Below are positions 1-15,236 of a stretch of 64,000 nt of DNA, piece by piece (the first letter of the stretch is position 1; each line of letters begins with the position of its first letter). Source of the stretch: the human T2T-CHM13v2.0 reference genome, Homo sapiens. The stretch lies in NCBI RefSeq assembly GCF_009914755.1, contig NC_060928.1, one strand, 5' to 3'. The notes under the pieces were generated by a model that worked only from the letters and a program-made list of their open reading frames with translations, had not been told where the DNA came from and ran no database searches. Both the position numbers and the translations under genes were made by a program.

Positions 1-71
1 TTATTAAAGTATGGAACATTTACCAAAATAAATGAACTTTGAGATGATACTATTTTAAAAAGCATAGAACT

Positions 72-380
72 GGCCAAGCACGGTGGCTCACTCCTGTAAA
101 CCCAGCACTTTGGGAGGCCGAGGGGGGTGGATCAAGAGGTCAGGAGTTTGAGACCAGCCTGGAAAATATGGTAAAACTCCGTTTCTACTTAAAAAAAAAA
201 ATAATGATACAAAAATTAGCCGTTCGTGGTGGCATGTGCCTGTAGTCTCAGCTACTCGGGAGGCTGAGGCAGAAGATTCGCTTGAACTCCAGAGGCGGAG
301 GTTTCAGTGAGCCGAGATCGCACCACTGCACTCCAGGTTGGCCAACAGAGTGAGATCCCATCTCAGACAAAACAAAACAA
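72..380 (+). mobile_element. Alu (AluS-type, Sg-like), full length
   Basis: GGCC..CACGGTGGCTCA start, dimeric structure with expanded middle A-tract, (CAAAA)n tail; TSD aaagcatagaact at 59-71 and 379-391. Confidence 0.97.
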
Positions 381-449
381 AGCATAGAACTTACTCAAAT
401 TTCACAAGTTTTTCTGCTAATGTCCTTCTCTTCCAAGAGCCAGATCCCG

Positions 450-1370
450 GAAATCCAATAAATAGCAAGTAGGATAGGAAATCCAGCCAACCAATCAACC
501 AACCAACCAACCAATAAACCAAGCTCTACATATCTTAGCTGAACTACAGAAGACCAGAAATATAAGAAAGATTTTTAAAAGTTGCAATAAAGAAAAGGCA
601 GATTATTCACTAAAAGGTCTGGGGGATAATCTCTCAACTGCAATAATGGTGGTCAGAATAAAGAAAAAGAACATTTCTAGCAGACTGAGGGAAAAGAATT
701 TGTCAATCTAAATTTCAGTAAACAGCTAAACTATGTTTTGTGGATGAAAAAGGAATTAACTATTTACAATCATAAACAAAACAGTTTATGCTGCTAAAGC
801 AAAGTCTAAAATTGTATACTTTGGGCACAAGAAAAATGATTCTACATGGGAGATCTTATATGTGAATAGAAATAGTGAACAAATTGATAATGGCAACTGT
901 ATTGATAGAACTACCCAAGGAATGGTAATAGGAAACCATTATAATAATACCAAGTTTTCCATGGGTGGGGGACAATAATGGAACAGAATGCTGACCTACA
1001 ATACCATAAAAGTTTTGAAGGAGAGACAGAATTAAATTGTTCAGTTACATTTGTTATCCAAAGAGCTAGAGCAAATGCTGATTATGTTTTGTTTAAATAC
1101 TCATGTTAAAATCGCTAGGGTTATAAAGACAAGACTGAGTTAAGAGTATTTAACTTCCTCAAAAAATTAAAAAGGATAAATAGAATGGGAAAAAGGGTGA
1201 GAATTTCAACTTATAAAACAACAGGGCAAGAAAGAAGAAAGACAAAAAAATAGTCAATGAAAATAAGAGGATATATTAGTGGAAATAAAACAAATATATG
1301 TCAGAAGTCAGAGTAAATGTAAGTAGAATAGCCTTTCCAATTATACTAGTCAAGTTTCAAATAGGGAAAG
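450..1370 (+). mobile_element. Old L1M fragment (degenerate ORF1 C-terminus/inter-ORF region)
   Basis: A-rich sequence resembling degenerate L1 ORF1 (ttgcaataaagaaaaggcagatt, caactgcaataatgg, cagctaaactatg); includes an (AACC)n tract at about 486-520. Confidence 0.55.
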
Positions 1371-1419
1371 ATGGTATCTCAACTTTTGCAAGTTTCAGGG
1401 GGTTTATTAGTAAATAGAC

Positions 1420-1780
1420 CATTTACAAAAGTTTGAGTTGGTTTGGGAGAAGCACAATTACCCAGGCTTAGAATCATTAAAACTATTATTACCTCTAGGT
1501 CCAAAGGTGTAGAGATGGGAACAGTTAATGCAAGGTAAGAGTTATGTTGAGGAGGCCTCTTTGAGTGTAGCTCAAGATGACATTTTGAGGAGGAATCCAA
1601 GGGAATAAATATCTTAACCTCGTTCACTGCACTCCCTATGATTTACTGGAAATCCCTGTTGAGTAATCCGACTAAATACCGATGGTCAAAGGAGCCTGCT
1701 GATGGATTCCTCAATGATTATCCTCCCAAAATTGAGAGTGAAGAATGGAACATAGATCAGAAGGAAAAAAATAGCTGTCA
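1420..1780. mobile_element. Degenerate MaLR (MLT1-family) LTR fragment
   Basis: aaggagcctgctgatggattcctcaatgattatcctccc resembles old MLT1 LTR sequence; heavily diverged. Confidence 0.4.
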
Positions 1781-3014
1781 AATCAGTTCTTACAAACGTT
1801 AAGTTTAATTATATTTCTAGAATACTTAATTATAGCTTATCAGAAAATATTGTTTGAATACTTACATAATTTTACTGCTATGTATTAAAACAAATTCATA
1901 TAATCCATCAAATAACACATACCACTTAAATCTATTTCTCCAGAAGATGCAGATATTTCTGAATGTATTTTATCCCAAAAATAGTATAAGAATTAAAAGC
2001 AAAAATATCTGTCTGATGTTTCAATAAGTATCAAAGAAACAGCCAATAAAATAGGTTCCATGGATCAGAGGTCCAACAAAAAGCAGCTTTAGCTAATATT
2101 TGAAGCTTAGTCAATCCTCCTTAAGTCCATTAAGATGATATTGAGATGTCCCTTCTTTTGTTGGCTATTACTCCTGTCTCACTTCTCTGTAGGATGAACT
2201 AACAGGCAAAATGCTATGTGGGTACTTTCAGTTCTGATAGACATAACTGGTTGCTCCTTAGGGCAAGATGAGACTTCCAAAACCATTACACAATATTACT
2301 AGGTTTCAAGGAGAATTAAGGAAAGGAAAATCTCAAGCTGAGCAATCTAAGGTCATGAGTGGCATTGGAGTATAATGAAATAGTGTGAAGAAATCTCTCA
2401 ATAAAGCTAGAACACAGCAGCAAGATAAATGGAGCCACAGTGGAAATCCCTAGAGAAGGTGATAGGTACCAAAAATAAACACCGTCCCCCCCAAAAAAAA
2501 AAACCCTTTTGGTTGAACTGCTTTGTACTTCCTGCATCAATATGTACTTCTTTTGTTAGAAGAGTCTTTGTTTCTCCACCAGAAGCGTATTCTAAAGTTA
2601 GGCCAATAATATCCACTTTCTCCTTCTTTGCTTCACTGATCATGAATAAGGCTAAGAAGACTTAGGCTTTCAATAATTATGTACTGTTGACTGGCTACAT
2701 TCGTAGCTTCAGTTCTTAGTCTCTCTGGATATACAGATAGACATTGTGGCATTTAATCTTATCAACATCAGAAAAGTAATTGGGAATCTCCACAAAAATC
2801 CAGTCTAGTATTAAAGACAAAGCAGCATGATTTCAGGTAGGCTTCTTATTCATTTGTAGAGGAACAGAAATATCAAAACAATGCACATGTGTGCAGACCA
2901 CAGCATGGTATGGAACTGTCAGTCTCATTTTTCCTAAAAGGCACATCAAGGATACTCAAAGACTATAACAGCAGTACATTTTATTTAACTCGTGCTCTAA
3001 AATTATTAAGTTTT

Positions 3015-3365
3015 TGTATTAATTGGCTAAGACTGCCATACCAAAATCTCACATATTGGGTGGCTTAAACAACAGAAATTTATTTTCACACAGTTCTAGT
3101 GGCTAGAAGTCCAAGATCAATGTGTCACCATGTTTGTTTTTTTTTCTGTGGCCTCTCTCTTAGGTTCTCAGATGGCCAGTTCACCGGGCCTTTCCTCTAT
3201 TTTTTCCTTCCTAGCAGGACACCAGGCATAGTGGATTAGAATAACATCTGATGAGCTCATTTAATCTTAACTACCTCTTTAAAAGGCCTGTCTCCAAACA
3301 TAGTTACATTGGAAGTTAGGACTTCAATCTATGCATTTTAGGGGAACACAAGTTAATCCATAACA
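3015..3365 (-). mobile_element. MaLR solo LTR (MLT1A/B-like)
   Basis: tgtatt...gggtggcttaaacaacagaaatttattttcacacagttctag...gtccaagatcaa...ccataaca matches MLT1A/B reverse strand. Confidence 0.88.
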
Positions 3366-4449
3366 ATTTCTCATAGCATTTCATTTTCAGTCTCTCTGAC
3401 AAAGAGCTGACATGCGCTGTGATATAAGATTAAATACGTGGAGTAAGTCTTTACAGTTTCTGTTGCCCAGGTAATAAGCATCTGCTTTAACAGTATTGAA
3501 GATAAACTAACTAATCATGTACTAATCAAGGACATCCAAGGTTCTTCTGTTTGAAACGTAAGATAGTGTTGCATAACCAGGCAAAAGAAACAGCTTCTGT
3601 TTTCCAATTGTTAGGGTATTATCTCCTTGAGGGCAGCTTGTCTTTGCTAAGCACTGTCAGTGAACTTGGACTCTGTAATCTCTTCCAGGAAATAAATATC
3701 TCTCTAACTGGTTGAGGAGTCAGAGATAAGCAAAAGAAATAAAACAAAAATACACAAACATTTCTATTGAAATAGTTGAATACTGCTCTGAAATAAACTG
3801 AAGGACTGAATGAGAACAGGAATAATGTCATAAAAAGCAGAAGCTTTTCAACTTCACAACAGGGCAGACAGGAGGAGCTGGGGAGAGTGTCTGCTGTGTC
3901 TCAAATTCTGGCTTTGTATTTTGAAGCTGCACAGACTCATCTGCAAAGTGATGTGAGATCCAAGGACATCAGCCTCAACTAACCAGGGTTTACAGGCAAT
4001 GAGTCATTGTCCAAATTGAAACCAATGCTTTTATTGTGGATATATCAGAAAGTCCTTCAACAGTTTGTGGGTATCTGTGTTTATTCAATTATCTTATTTT
4101 AATCCAAACCACCATTCTTTAATAAATGCAGCATCCTCATCTGTAGGTTTAGCTTGTGCACACTTCCACTTTGCCTAGTAATCCCTAATCATTTGTGAAG
4201 CTCAAAAATGCAACAGTTAGAAACTCTGTATCTCTCCCCTCTTCTAATTCAGCAAGTTTCCCCCACCTGGGGCTCTGCATTGCACCTGGTCAACACTCCC
4301 TCCCACACTTACCAGTCACCACCCAGGGCACCTTCATGTCATGAGACCAACAGGAACCTTGCATTTATTTTAAGACCTCCCACCTGTATTCTCTAAATTG
4401 GAGCAGGCTCAAAAGTTAAAGTTATAGAAAACTGGGAAAACAATGAATG

Positions 4450-5690
4450 GAAAATAGTATAACAGGAACATACCCATAGAAAGATCATGTATCGACAAGA
4501 ATTAGACAAAATAGATAAAATGCTTGTAGTCAATAGCACTTCTAGAAATTACCAGATTTGCTCTATACTGATTACAGAATTAATTCACCAGGGACTATGA
4601 AAATCTACATTAGTACGCACTTACTGAAACCTCAACATATACGAGATTAAAAAAAAAGAGAGAGAGAAACTGACAAAGCACCATTATTGTTGGATATTTC
4701 AGCACATTTCACTGGAAAATTAATTAATTAAACCAGTAGATCAAAATCAATAAGGATGTACATGATTTGAACAGCAGAAATAACAGCTTTGAACAAATGA
4801 ACACATAAATAACTGCACCCAATAATTGAAAATATATATAAAAATTAGGTACTTACTAGCAAAAGCTAACTTCAACAAATTTAAACATATTGGGCTCAAA
4901 TTGACCATATTTTTTGCTAAAATGCTATTAGTTTAAAAATACGGTGAAAATAGATGAAGACAATTATATAATTAAAAATCTCCAAGAAAGAAACAAACAT
5001 CAAAAAAGCTGAATTGGTGTTTATACAAGGAATAAAATAATGATTTTTACATTAGAAGTTAAATAATTTCTATTCATTATATTAATTTATTGAAGGATGA
5101 AAATTATATGATCATCTCAATAGATGCCCCATCAATAAATTTGATTAAAAATTAACTCATTTATAATTTAAAAACAAAATAAACAAGGAACTTATAATTC
5201 CAGACAAAATAGGTGCTTTTTTTATTCTAAAAGAGGGAAACTTAATGAATAAATGGTAGAAACATACTTTTTAATATGAAGAGGAAAGTAAGGGTGTTTA
5301 CGACTTCTACTTCTATGGAAGTCACCATATATTGTAGTAACTCAAGAAAAGAAATAAAAAGTATAAAATGCAGGGAAAACAGAAGCATCATCACTTCTAG
5401 ATGATTTAAGAGTGTTAATAGAAACTGGAAACTTATTACAATTTAGAAGAAAATTTGGTAGTATTTCTGAAAAAAGTATATAAATATCTGTTTATTGCTA
5501 TGTACTTGTAACAACCAGCTAGGAAATATGTGCTTTAAAACTCCATTTATAATGGTAACAAAAATAAAGTACCAAGAACAAATGTAACTAAATATGTGTA
5601 ATTGTTTTATAGAAAACATATAAATAAACTTAATGAAAATAAGTAAAATACCAATATAAATGGAAAGACAATTATAGTCTTAAAAATTTA
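4450..5690 (+). mobile_element. Old L1M(E) ORF2 fragments with internal deletions
   Basis: Degenerate endonuclease-region (ccattattgttggatatttcagcac, aatcaataaggatgtacatgatttgaac) and RT-region (tatgatcatctcaatagatgc) sequence. Confidence 0.7.
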
Positions 5691-6329
5691 CATATACATT
5701 CTGGGAATGTTTATATAAATAATATATCACAACAAATAATTTCGGAAAAGAAAGCAAGGAAAACTGATGCAATGATATAGGGAAAAAAGAGAAGAAATTA
5801 TAATGACTTATGTCAATGAATTAAATACTACTTAGGATTACAGTTTACAGTATTTGTTCAGATGTTTCCTGAGATTATTGATTTAAAGGGGTAATCCTGA
5901 GAAGATGATATGTTACTTTAATTCAAACTTTGCAAGTTGCTATTTTTAAATACTTCCCATAGGAAAGATAAAATATAGAAAATATATTCCCCATGGAAGA
6001 AGGTATTGTGCATTCCTTCTTGGCATATTTCACACTTCTGCAAAATGGAAAATTGCTTTGCCCTTATAAACCTTCACTTCTTAAAATAAAGCCTAATTTA
6101 TAAACTATGTTGCAATACAGATTGTGAAATAAAAACGATTTTATACGTCTTACACAAATATTAAAAGAGCTGTGAATCTATCACAATATCAATTTAGTTT
6201 TTTAATTAATGTATATCCCTGTGTTTAGGAAATTAACACACATAATTAAAATATATATTAGAAACTGTCAAGGGTCATAGAAAAAATATCTAAAGTTCTA
6301 TAGAAACTCAGGGACTGCAGTATTTCCAG

Positions 6330-8000
6330 GAGAGCCTGCAGCAAAGGAACTTTACAGTCTAACTCCAGGCTGACATTAATGATATTCTCTTTTGGTACCC
6401 AACGTGTTCTAAACATTCCAGTCATACAAAGGTGGTCTCATTTGTCTAACTTCTTGTAGTTGCCTCTTGAATTCATGACCTAACAGCTCTAGTTCTAGAA
6501 TGTGCTCCTACATTTACGCCATTTTACCAATCTTTAAAGCACACATTCAATCAATGGATAAACATTTAATCTTGGCAAAATGCAGCTCCATGACATAAAC
6601 ATGCTCTTACTTCTCTATATCCCAGTTAATAATACCCCTCTCTCTTTGTGAATACCTCCATAACTTCTACCCAGCATACAGACTCAGATACTTCCTCTAG
6701 AATGTTAAGCAGAAATGTTGTAATTTAGTTTCATTACACTTAGAGCTGAACGAAATCAAGCCTCACCCCTCACCTCTCTCAGCACTGGACCTTTCTATTT
6801 TAATGAGAATAAAATGAGGTCTTCGGGAATTCATCGCATGGGCATCTCATCCTAATATACGTAAAAATGGCATGCAATATGACATAATCAGTATCTACCC
6901 CTCTTGTATTTTAAAGACAATGCATCCAGTTGTGTTTTTGATCCCTTTCTTTGTATACATGACCTCCAGACCAAGGGCCTTAATATTTTTTATTATCTTA
7001 TTTCTCCTATATTTTTCTTTTTTTCCTCTCTTCCTCTCTGAAGCTTAATATTATGTTATGTTTCTTGTAACTTAAGAAAAATAAAAGAATCCACCCTCTG
7101 AAGCAAATATGTCTTTCCAGCTGTTGCCCAAGCTCCCTATCTCTTTTTGTTTTTTAATCACAATATCCTCAGATCCTAGAACAGTAACTGGCACTGGAAA
7201 ATTATTTGCTGAATGTGTGTTATTGATTCTTTCTTCAAAGTCAGGCTTCCTCAAATAATAGTCCACTTTTACTGACATTCTTTTTTTCCTCATTCATTCC
7301 CACTCAGTAATTTTACTTTCTTCTCTAATGAAAACATTTTGCTCTTCCTTTGTCGTCATAGTGAATGACACCATAGAAGCTCCCCAAATTATCCTCTTCT
7401 TCATGACCATCATTTAATGTTACCACACATCAAGGCTGTCCTACTTCTTTTGCATTGTCTACATATAACTTCTTCTTTCAATACTGTAAATGTTATGACC
7501 CTATACTTTCCCACCTGGATTATTATAATCCCTTTTGACTCATTTTGCATATCATCAGCCTTATTCTGCTCATCTTACACATTTTTCTCAGAGTAAAGTT
7601 GCTAAAATTCATATAATCCTGAATCAAGTTTTTTTTACATAAATCAACATGTTTCATTATAAAAACCAAGCTCATACTCATGTTGTATAAGACTGTTTTT
7701 AGGTCAACCCTGTCCTATTTCTCTAGATATATCTCCACATTCTTTCATCAATTTAATCAATTTGAACCACTTTGATATGTATTTGTGATGGTTTCCTAAA
7801 TATACAATACTATCTGATTTACTCAAATTCCTAGTTTGTCTAGAGTAAATGTATACCTTTCCTTTTTTATCAAGAGAACACATAAACCCATTTCCAGACT
7901 CTGGTGAAGCCTCTAGGAAGATTTTCCTTGTATTGTATATTCGTTTCTACCCACCATTACCCTGATCAGTTCAGTATTGACTGTATTATATTTTGTGCTC
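6330..8000 (+). mobile_element. L2 fragments
   Basis: Pyrimidine-rich L2-like sequence; L2 3' end motif cctagaacagtaactggcac...tatttgctgaatg near 7175-7215. Confidence 0.5.
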
Positions 8001-9944
8001 TTCCTCTCTGTGAAAGCAGGTAGATAAGATATATGAAATGAATAATTGAATGGAGACCTGATGAAATTTTTGGTTATAAAATGTATCTGCCCCCATCCCC
8101 AAGAAAATACAGCTTGGATCACAACACCCAAGTACTTTCAAATATCTTGAAAGCCTTCCCAAGAAGGATGACTGCAAATAAGCCCAGACAGTGAAGGCTA
8201 CAATAAACACCTAACTCTTCAATGCCCAGACACCAAAGAACGTCTGCTAGCATCAATGTCATTCAGAAAAAAATGAGCTCACCAAATGAACTAAGGAACT
8301 AGAGACCAACCCTGGAGAAACAGAGATAATGTGTCCTTTCAGATAATTCAAAATAACTGTGTTGAGAAAACTCGAAAAATTCAAGATAACACAGAGAAGG
8401 AATTCAGAATTCTATCAGATAAATTTAACAATGACATTGAAATAATTAGAGACTCAAGCAGAAATTCTAAAGCTGAAAAATCTAATAGGCATATTTAATA
8501 ATGAATCAGAGTCCTTTAATTGCAAAATTGATCAAGCAGAAGAATTAGTGAGCTTGAAAACAGGTTATTTGAAAATACACAGAGGAGACAAAAGAAAAAA
8601 ATAAAAAACAACAAGCACATCTAAAGGATTTAGAAAATAGCCTCAAAAGGACAAACCGAAGAGTTACTGGCCTTAAAGAGGAAGCAGAGAGAGAGGTGGG
8701 GGTAGAAAGTTTATTCAAAGGGATAATAACAGAGAACTTTTCAAACCTAGAGAAAGATATCAATATCCAAGTATAATAAGGTTATGGAACACCAATCAGA
8801 TTTATTCCAAAGAAGATTACTACCTCAAGGCACTTAACAGTCAAATTCCCAAACATCAAGAATAAAGAAAGGATTATAAAAGCAGCAAGAGAAAAGAAAC
8901 AAATAACATACAATGGAGCTCCAATACATCTGGCAGCAGACTTTTCCATGGAAAACATACAGGCCAGGAGAGAGTGGGATGATGTACTTTAAAAAGTTAA
9001 AGAAAATTTACAAATCTTTAGCCAGACTAATGAAGAAAAAAAGATAGAAGATCCTAATAAATAAAATTAGAAATTAATAAGAAGACGTTACAACTGATAC
9101 TGCAGAAATGCAAAGGATCATTTGTGGCTACTATGAGCAACTATATGCCAATAAATTGGAACATCTAGAAGAAATGAACAAACTTTTAGATAAGCACAAC
9201 TTATCAAGATTTAACCAGGAAGAAATCCAAAACCGGACAAATAACAAGTAACGAGATCAAAACTGTAATAAAAAATCTGACAGTAAAGAAAATCCTGGGA
9301 CCTGATGACCTAATTCAAATATTTAAAGAATTGCACCAATACTAATCAAACTATTCTGAAAATTAGAGGTGGAGGGATTACTTCCAAACTCATTCTAAAA
9401 GGCCAATATTACTGTGGTACCAAAACAAAGATACATCAAAAAGAGAAAACTTCAGGCCAATATTGCTGATGATTATTGATGCAAAAATTATCAACAAAAT
9501 ACTAGCAAACTAAATACAATAATACATTAGAAAGATCATTTATCATGACCAAGTAGAATTTATCCCTGCAATGCAAGGATTGTTCAACATATGCAAATCA
9601 ATCAATGTGATACATTATATCAACAGAATGAAGGACAAAAACATTTGATTATTTCAACTGATGATTTAAAAACATTAGATAAAATTCAACATACCTTCAT
9701 AATACAAATCCTAAAAAAAAACCTGGGGATAGAAGGAATGTACCTTAGCATAGTAAAAGCAATATATGAGAGACCCATAGCTGGTATCCTACTAAATGGA
9801 GAAAAATTGAAAGCCTCTCCTCTAAAAGCTGGAGCACAACAAGCATGCCCACTGTCACCACTGTTACTCAATATAATACTGGAATTTCTAGCTAGAGCAA
9901 TCGGATAAAAGAAAGATATAAAGGGCATCCAAATTGAAAAACAA

Positions 9945-10327
<383 letters not shown>

Positions 10328-11276
10328 TCACAAAATCTATTAGAACTGGTAAATAAATTTTTGGTAAAGTTGTGGAATACACAATCAACATACAAAAATC
10401 TGTAGCATTTCTGTATGACAACAGTGAACAAACTGAAAAATAACTAAATAATCCCATTTACAATAGCCACACATAAAGTTAAATTCCCAGGAATTAATCA
10501 AAATAGTGAAAGATCTCTATAATAAAAACTATAAAACAGTAATTTAAAACATTGAAGAGGACACCAAAAAAATGAAAAAATATTCCACATTCATGGATTG
10601 GAAGAATAAATATTATTAAAATTTTTATACTACCAAGGCAATCTACAGAGTCAATGCATTAATATATCAATAACATTCTTCACAGGAATATAAAAAATAC
10701 TAAAATTTATATAGAACCATAAAACACCTAGAATAGCTAAAGCTGTCCTAAGGAAAAACAATAAAACTCTAGGAATCACATTATCCAACTTCCAATTATA
10801 CTGCAGAACAATAGTAATCAAAACAGCATAGTACTGGCATAAAAACAGACACATAGACAAATGAGACAGAATAAACACATAAACAAATCCTCATATCTAC
10901 AGGGAACTCATTTACAACAAAGGTGTCAGGAACATACACTGGGGAAAAGAGAGTTCCTTCAATAAATGGTGCTGGGAAAACTGGATATCCACATGAAAAA
11001 CAATAAAACTAGATAACTGTCTCTCCCGTATGCAGAAGTAAAATCAAAATCAATAAAAGGCTTAAATCTAAGACTTCAAACTATGAAACTACTACAAGAA
11101 AACATTAGGGAAAATCTCTAGGACATTGGTCTGGGCAAAAGTTTCTTGAGTAATACCCCAAAAGCACAGGCAACCAACACAAAAATGGAGAAACGGGATC
11201 ACATCAAGTTAAAAAGCTTCTGAACAGCAAAACATACAATCAACAAAGTGAGGAGACAACTCTAAGAATGAGAAAA

Positions 11277-11581
11277 GGCTGGGCACAGTGGCTCACGCCT
11301 GTAATCCCAGCACTTTAAGAGGCCGAGGCCGTGTGGATCACAAGGTCAGGAGTTTGAGACCAGCCTGGCCAACATGGTGAAACCCCGTCTCTACAAAAAT
11401 ACAAAAATTAGATGGCCATGGTGGTGGGCGCCTGTAATCCCAGCTACTCAGGAGGCTGAGGCAGGAGAATTGCTTGAACCCCGGAGGCGGAGGTTGCTGC
11501 TATCTGAGATCGCTCCATTGCACTCCAGCCTGGGTGACAGGGTGAGACTCCGTCTCAAAAAAAAAAAAAAAAAAAAAAAAA
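11277..11581 (+). mobile_element. Alu (AluSg-like) inserted in L1 ORF2
   Basis: ggctgggcacagtggctcacgcctgtaatccc...; ggatcacaaggtcaggagtttgag; long pure poly-A tail. Confidence 0.97.
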
Positions 11582-12689
11582 GGAAGAAAATATTTATTTG
11601 TAAGTACCCATCTGACAAAGGATTAATAACCAGAACATATCAGGAGCTCAAATAACTCTACAGAAAAAAAATCTAATAATCTGATAAAAAATTGGCAAAA
11701 AATTTGAATAGGCATTTCTCAAAATAAGACATGCAAATAATAAACAGGAATATGAAAAGGTGCTCAACATTATTGATGATCAGAGAAATGCAAATTAAAA
11801 CTACAATAAGATATCATCTCACCCCAGTTAAAATGGCTTCTATCCAAAGAAGACTCAATAACAAATGTTAGCGAGGATGTGGAGAATAGGGAACACTTGT
11901 GCAGTTGGTGGAAATGAAAATCAGTACAATCACTATGGAAAACAGTTTGGAGATTCATCAAAAAACTAAAAATTGAGCTACCATGTCGTCCAGCAATCCC
12001 ACTGCAGGGTATATATCTAAAAGAAAGCAAAAGAAAGCAAATCAATATATTGAAGGGATATCTGCACTCCCATGTTTGATGCAGCACTGTCCATGATAGC
12101 TAAGATTTGGAAGCAATTTAATAATCAAGAGATGAATGGATAAAGAAAATGTGGTACATATTCACAATGGAGTACTATTTATCTATGAGAAAGAATGAGG
12201 TTGTGTCATTTGCAATAACATGGACAGAACTGGAAATCATTCTGTAAAGTGATATAAGCCAGGCACAGAAAGACAAACATTGCATGTTCTCATTTATTTG
12301 TGGGATCTAAAAATGAAACCGACTGAATTCATGGACACAGAGAGTAGAAGAATGGTTACTTGAGGCTGGGAAGGGTAATGGGTGGCTGGAGGGGAAGTGG
12401 GGACGGTTAATGGATAAAAAAAGAAAGAATGAATAAGATATACTATATTATAGTACAATGGGGTGACTATAGTCAATAATAACTTAACTGTACAGTTTTA
12501 AATAACTTAAAGGGTGTAACTGGATTGTTTATAACACAAAGGACAAATGCTTGAAAATATGGATACCCCATTCTTCATGATGTGTTTATTTCACATTGCA
12601 TGCCTGCATCAAAACATCTCATGTACCATAAAAATATATACATCTACTATGTATCCACAAAAACTAAAAATAAAAAGAGTATTTGCAAG

Positions 12690-13200
12690 AGCTCAGAAGC
12701 TAAAAGTTAGCATATAAGTTTTTCTTTGGCTAGAGTCAAGATTATGTGAAAAGGAAATAGGAAAGTTAAAAAATATATCGTGGAATGACTATAAAAATTG
12801 TTACGATTTCGTTAACATGATGCTATCATGAGGGATGGTAAATCTTAGTCATTGAAATTCTAAGTGGCAATGTAAAGGGAAGAAAATTAGTCACAAAACA
12901 CAAATGAGCGGAGAGGTCACCTCCAGATCTTGTTGCTCAAGCAGGATGAGAGCAAAACTAATTACCATTTGAGAGAGCTGTGGGGAAAACCGTATCCTTA
13001 GGAGAGAGATGAGTTTCTGAATAAGAAGGGATAACAATATTCAAAGAATTTGAATACATAAAGAATGATGATGGTGATGTATTTATTATAAATTCCAGAG
13101 AGTATACGGAAGAATTTCAGTGATTGGAATTGAATGAGATATGATGACCAAAAAAAAAAAAAAAAAAAAAAAAAGAGGATGTAAAGGTCTGCGTGCATAA
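12690..13200 (-). mobile_element. L2 fragment containing an A25 homopolymer (13150-13174)
   Basis: Purine-rich L2-antisense-like sequence; A run counted directly. Confidence 0.45.
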
Positions 13201-13379
13201 CCGACTACCGACTTCCTCTTCTACTGTTATACGCAGTGCTAGAGGGAATGACATTATTAGTCCTAGTTGTCTCAAGGCAAAGTGAACGTGTGAATCACAA
13301 GGGCATGGGGTGTAAGTTTCCTTCTCACGAGCACACAAAACACAGGTGCTTCCTTTCTAGTTTTAATAACATAGACCTT

Positions 13380-13500
13380 TACCTGGTAAAGAAAACTGTG
13401 GCTCTCCTTCTGCCTTTGCACGACCTTAAGTATGTTATGTAACTTATGGAAACCTTAATTCTCTCAACCTTTAAATGACTAGACTAGAAGACTGCTAAGT
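13380..13500 (+). mobile_element. MIR/MIR3 fragment
   Basis: gaccttaagtatgttatgtaacttatggaaaccttaattctctcaacctttaaatg resembles the MIR core. Confidence 0.55.
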
Positions 13501-13619
13501 TATCTTCTGAAAATAATCTTCATAAAATATTTTTGAAAATTCTATGTTGTAATTGTATGCAGTTTTCCTAAACACCAGCTATCTTTAAAATATGATTGTA
13601 ATAATAATATTATGTATAT

Positions 13620-13850
13620 ATTAGACAGTTAGTATCAGCCAGACAATATGCTTAGTATTTTATATTGATTACCATCACAAATTTCTATGAAGTAACTATT
13701 GTGATAATCTTTATTCTAGAGATAAAAATAAAGATCAAAAGAAATCAAAATATGCTCAAGTTCGCTCTGCTAATAAATTTTGAGACAGAATTCAAATCAA
13801 AAGAGTGTGATACCATAGCATGATTTCTTAACATGGTGATTTACTACATC
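13620..13850 (-). mobile_element. MIR fragment
   Basis: ctatgaagtaactattgtgataatctttattctagagataaaaaata...gaattcaaatc resembles the MIR core, reverse strand. Confidence 0.6.
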
Positions 13851-14652
13851 TATGATAGAAAAGTAGCATATCCAAAAATAAATAAATAAATAAAATGGAA
13901 GAAAATACAGATTTTACTTTATTCCGATTGAAATCTGCAAATTTAAGTCCAATGTTAGCCATATTAAATTTCTTTTATTATCCAATATACCAAATAAATA
14001 CCAAAGACCTACTCAACACCTAGGTTAAATTATTCTAAAATTAACCATAGTGTTAGCCTTTTAAAAAATGTTAGCACATTATGCAAACTGCCATAGGAAG
14101 ATGGTGATATATAGTTAAATGCATTCAGAACAATTATTTGAGACAACTGAAACCATGTTACATATTATGAATTTTATCTTATCCAAATTCACCATTTTAT
14201 GGCCTAATGAAGGATTATTATACTAATTCCCTTTTTTTACATTTTCAAAAGAAATAGTAATGACTCCAGAAGCCTGCTAAGAATGACATCCAGAAATGTG
14301 ATCATCCCTATTACAATTTATAATATCTTAGCTTTCTTTTCTTTATTAACATTATTGCATCTTTTTAGTCTTTAAGTACTTTTAAGGGTTATTGTCCCTC
14401 ACCTTAAAGAATAGTGAATCTCAATAAGACTGACTACAAAACAAATTTCTTTCAAAAAAAGTGCTTTTTAAAAATAAGTATCTTGAAATGAGGAGGTAAC
14501 TTCCAACAGAAAATGGTATTTATTTTCAACAAAATTTTTAAAATAAATAGTTCTTAGATTTTTAGGTTTTATAAAAGACTAAACTTTTAAAAGGAATTCT
14601 ACCAACATAAAGAATTGCACTAATTTTTTTTTTTTCTAAGAAAGGACATACA

Positions 14653-15236
<584 letters not shown>

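Noticed and set aside
2407-2643. Minus-strand ORF with protein-like composition (ISEAKKEKVDIIGLTLEYASGGETKTLLTKEVHIDAGS)
   Set aside because: No homology I recognise, no convincing flanking splice sites, and it runs into a poly-T/poly-G tract; a BLASTp or PhyloCSF check would settle it.
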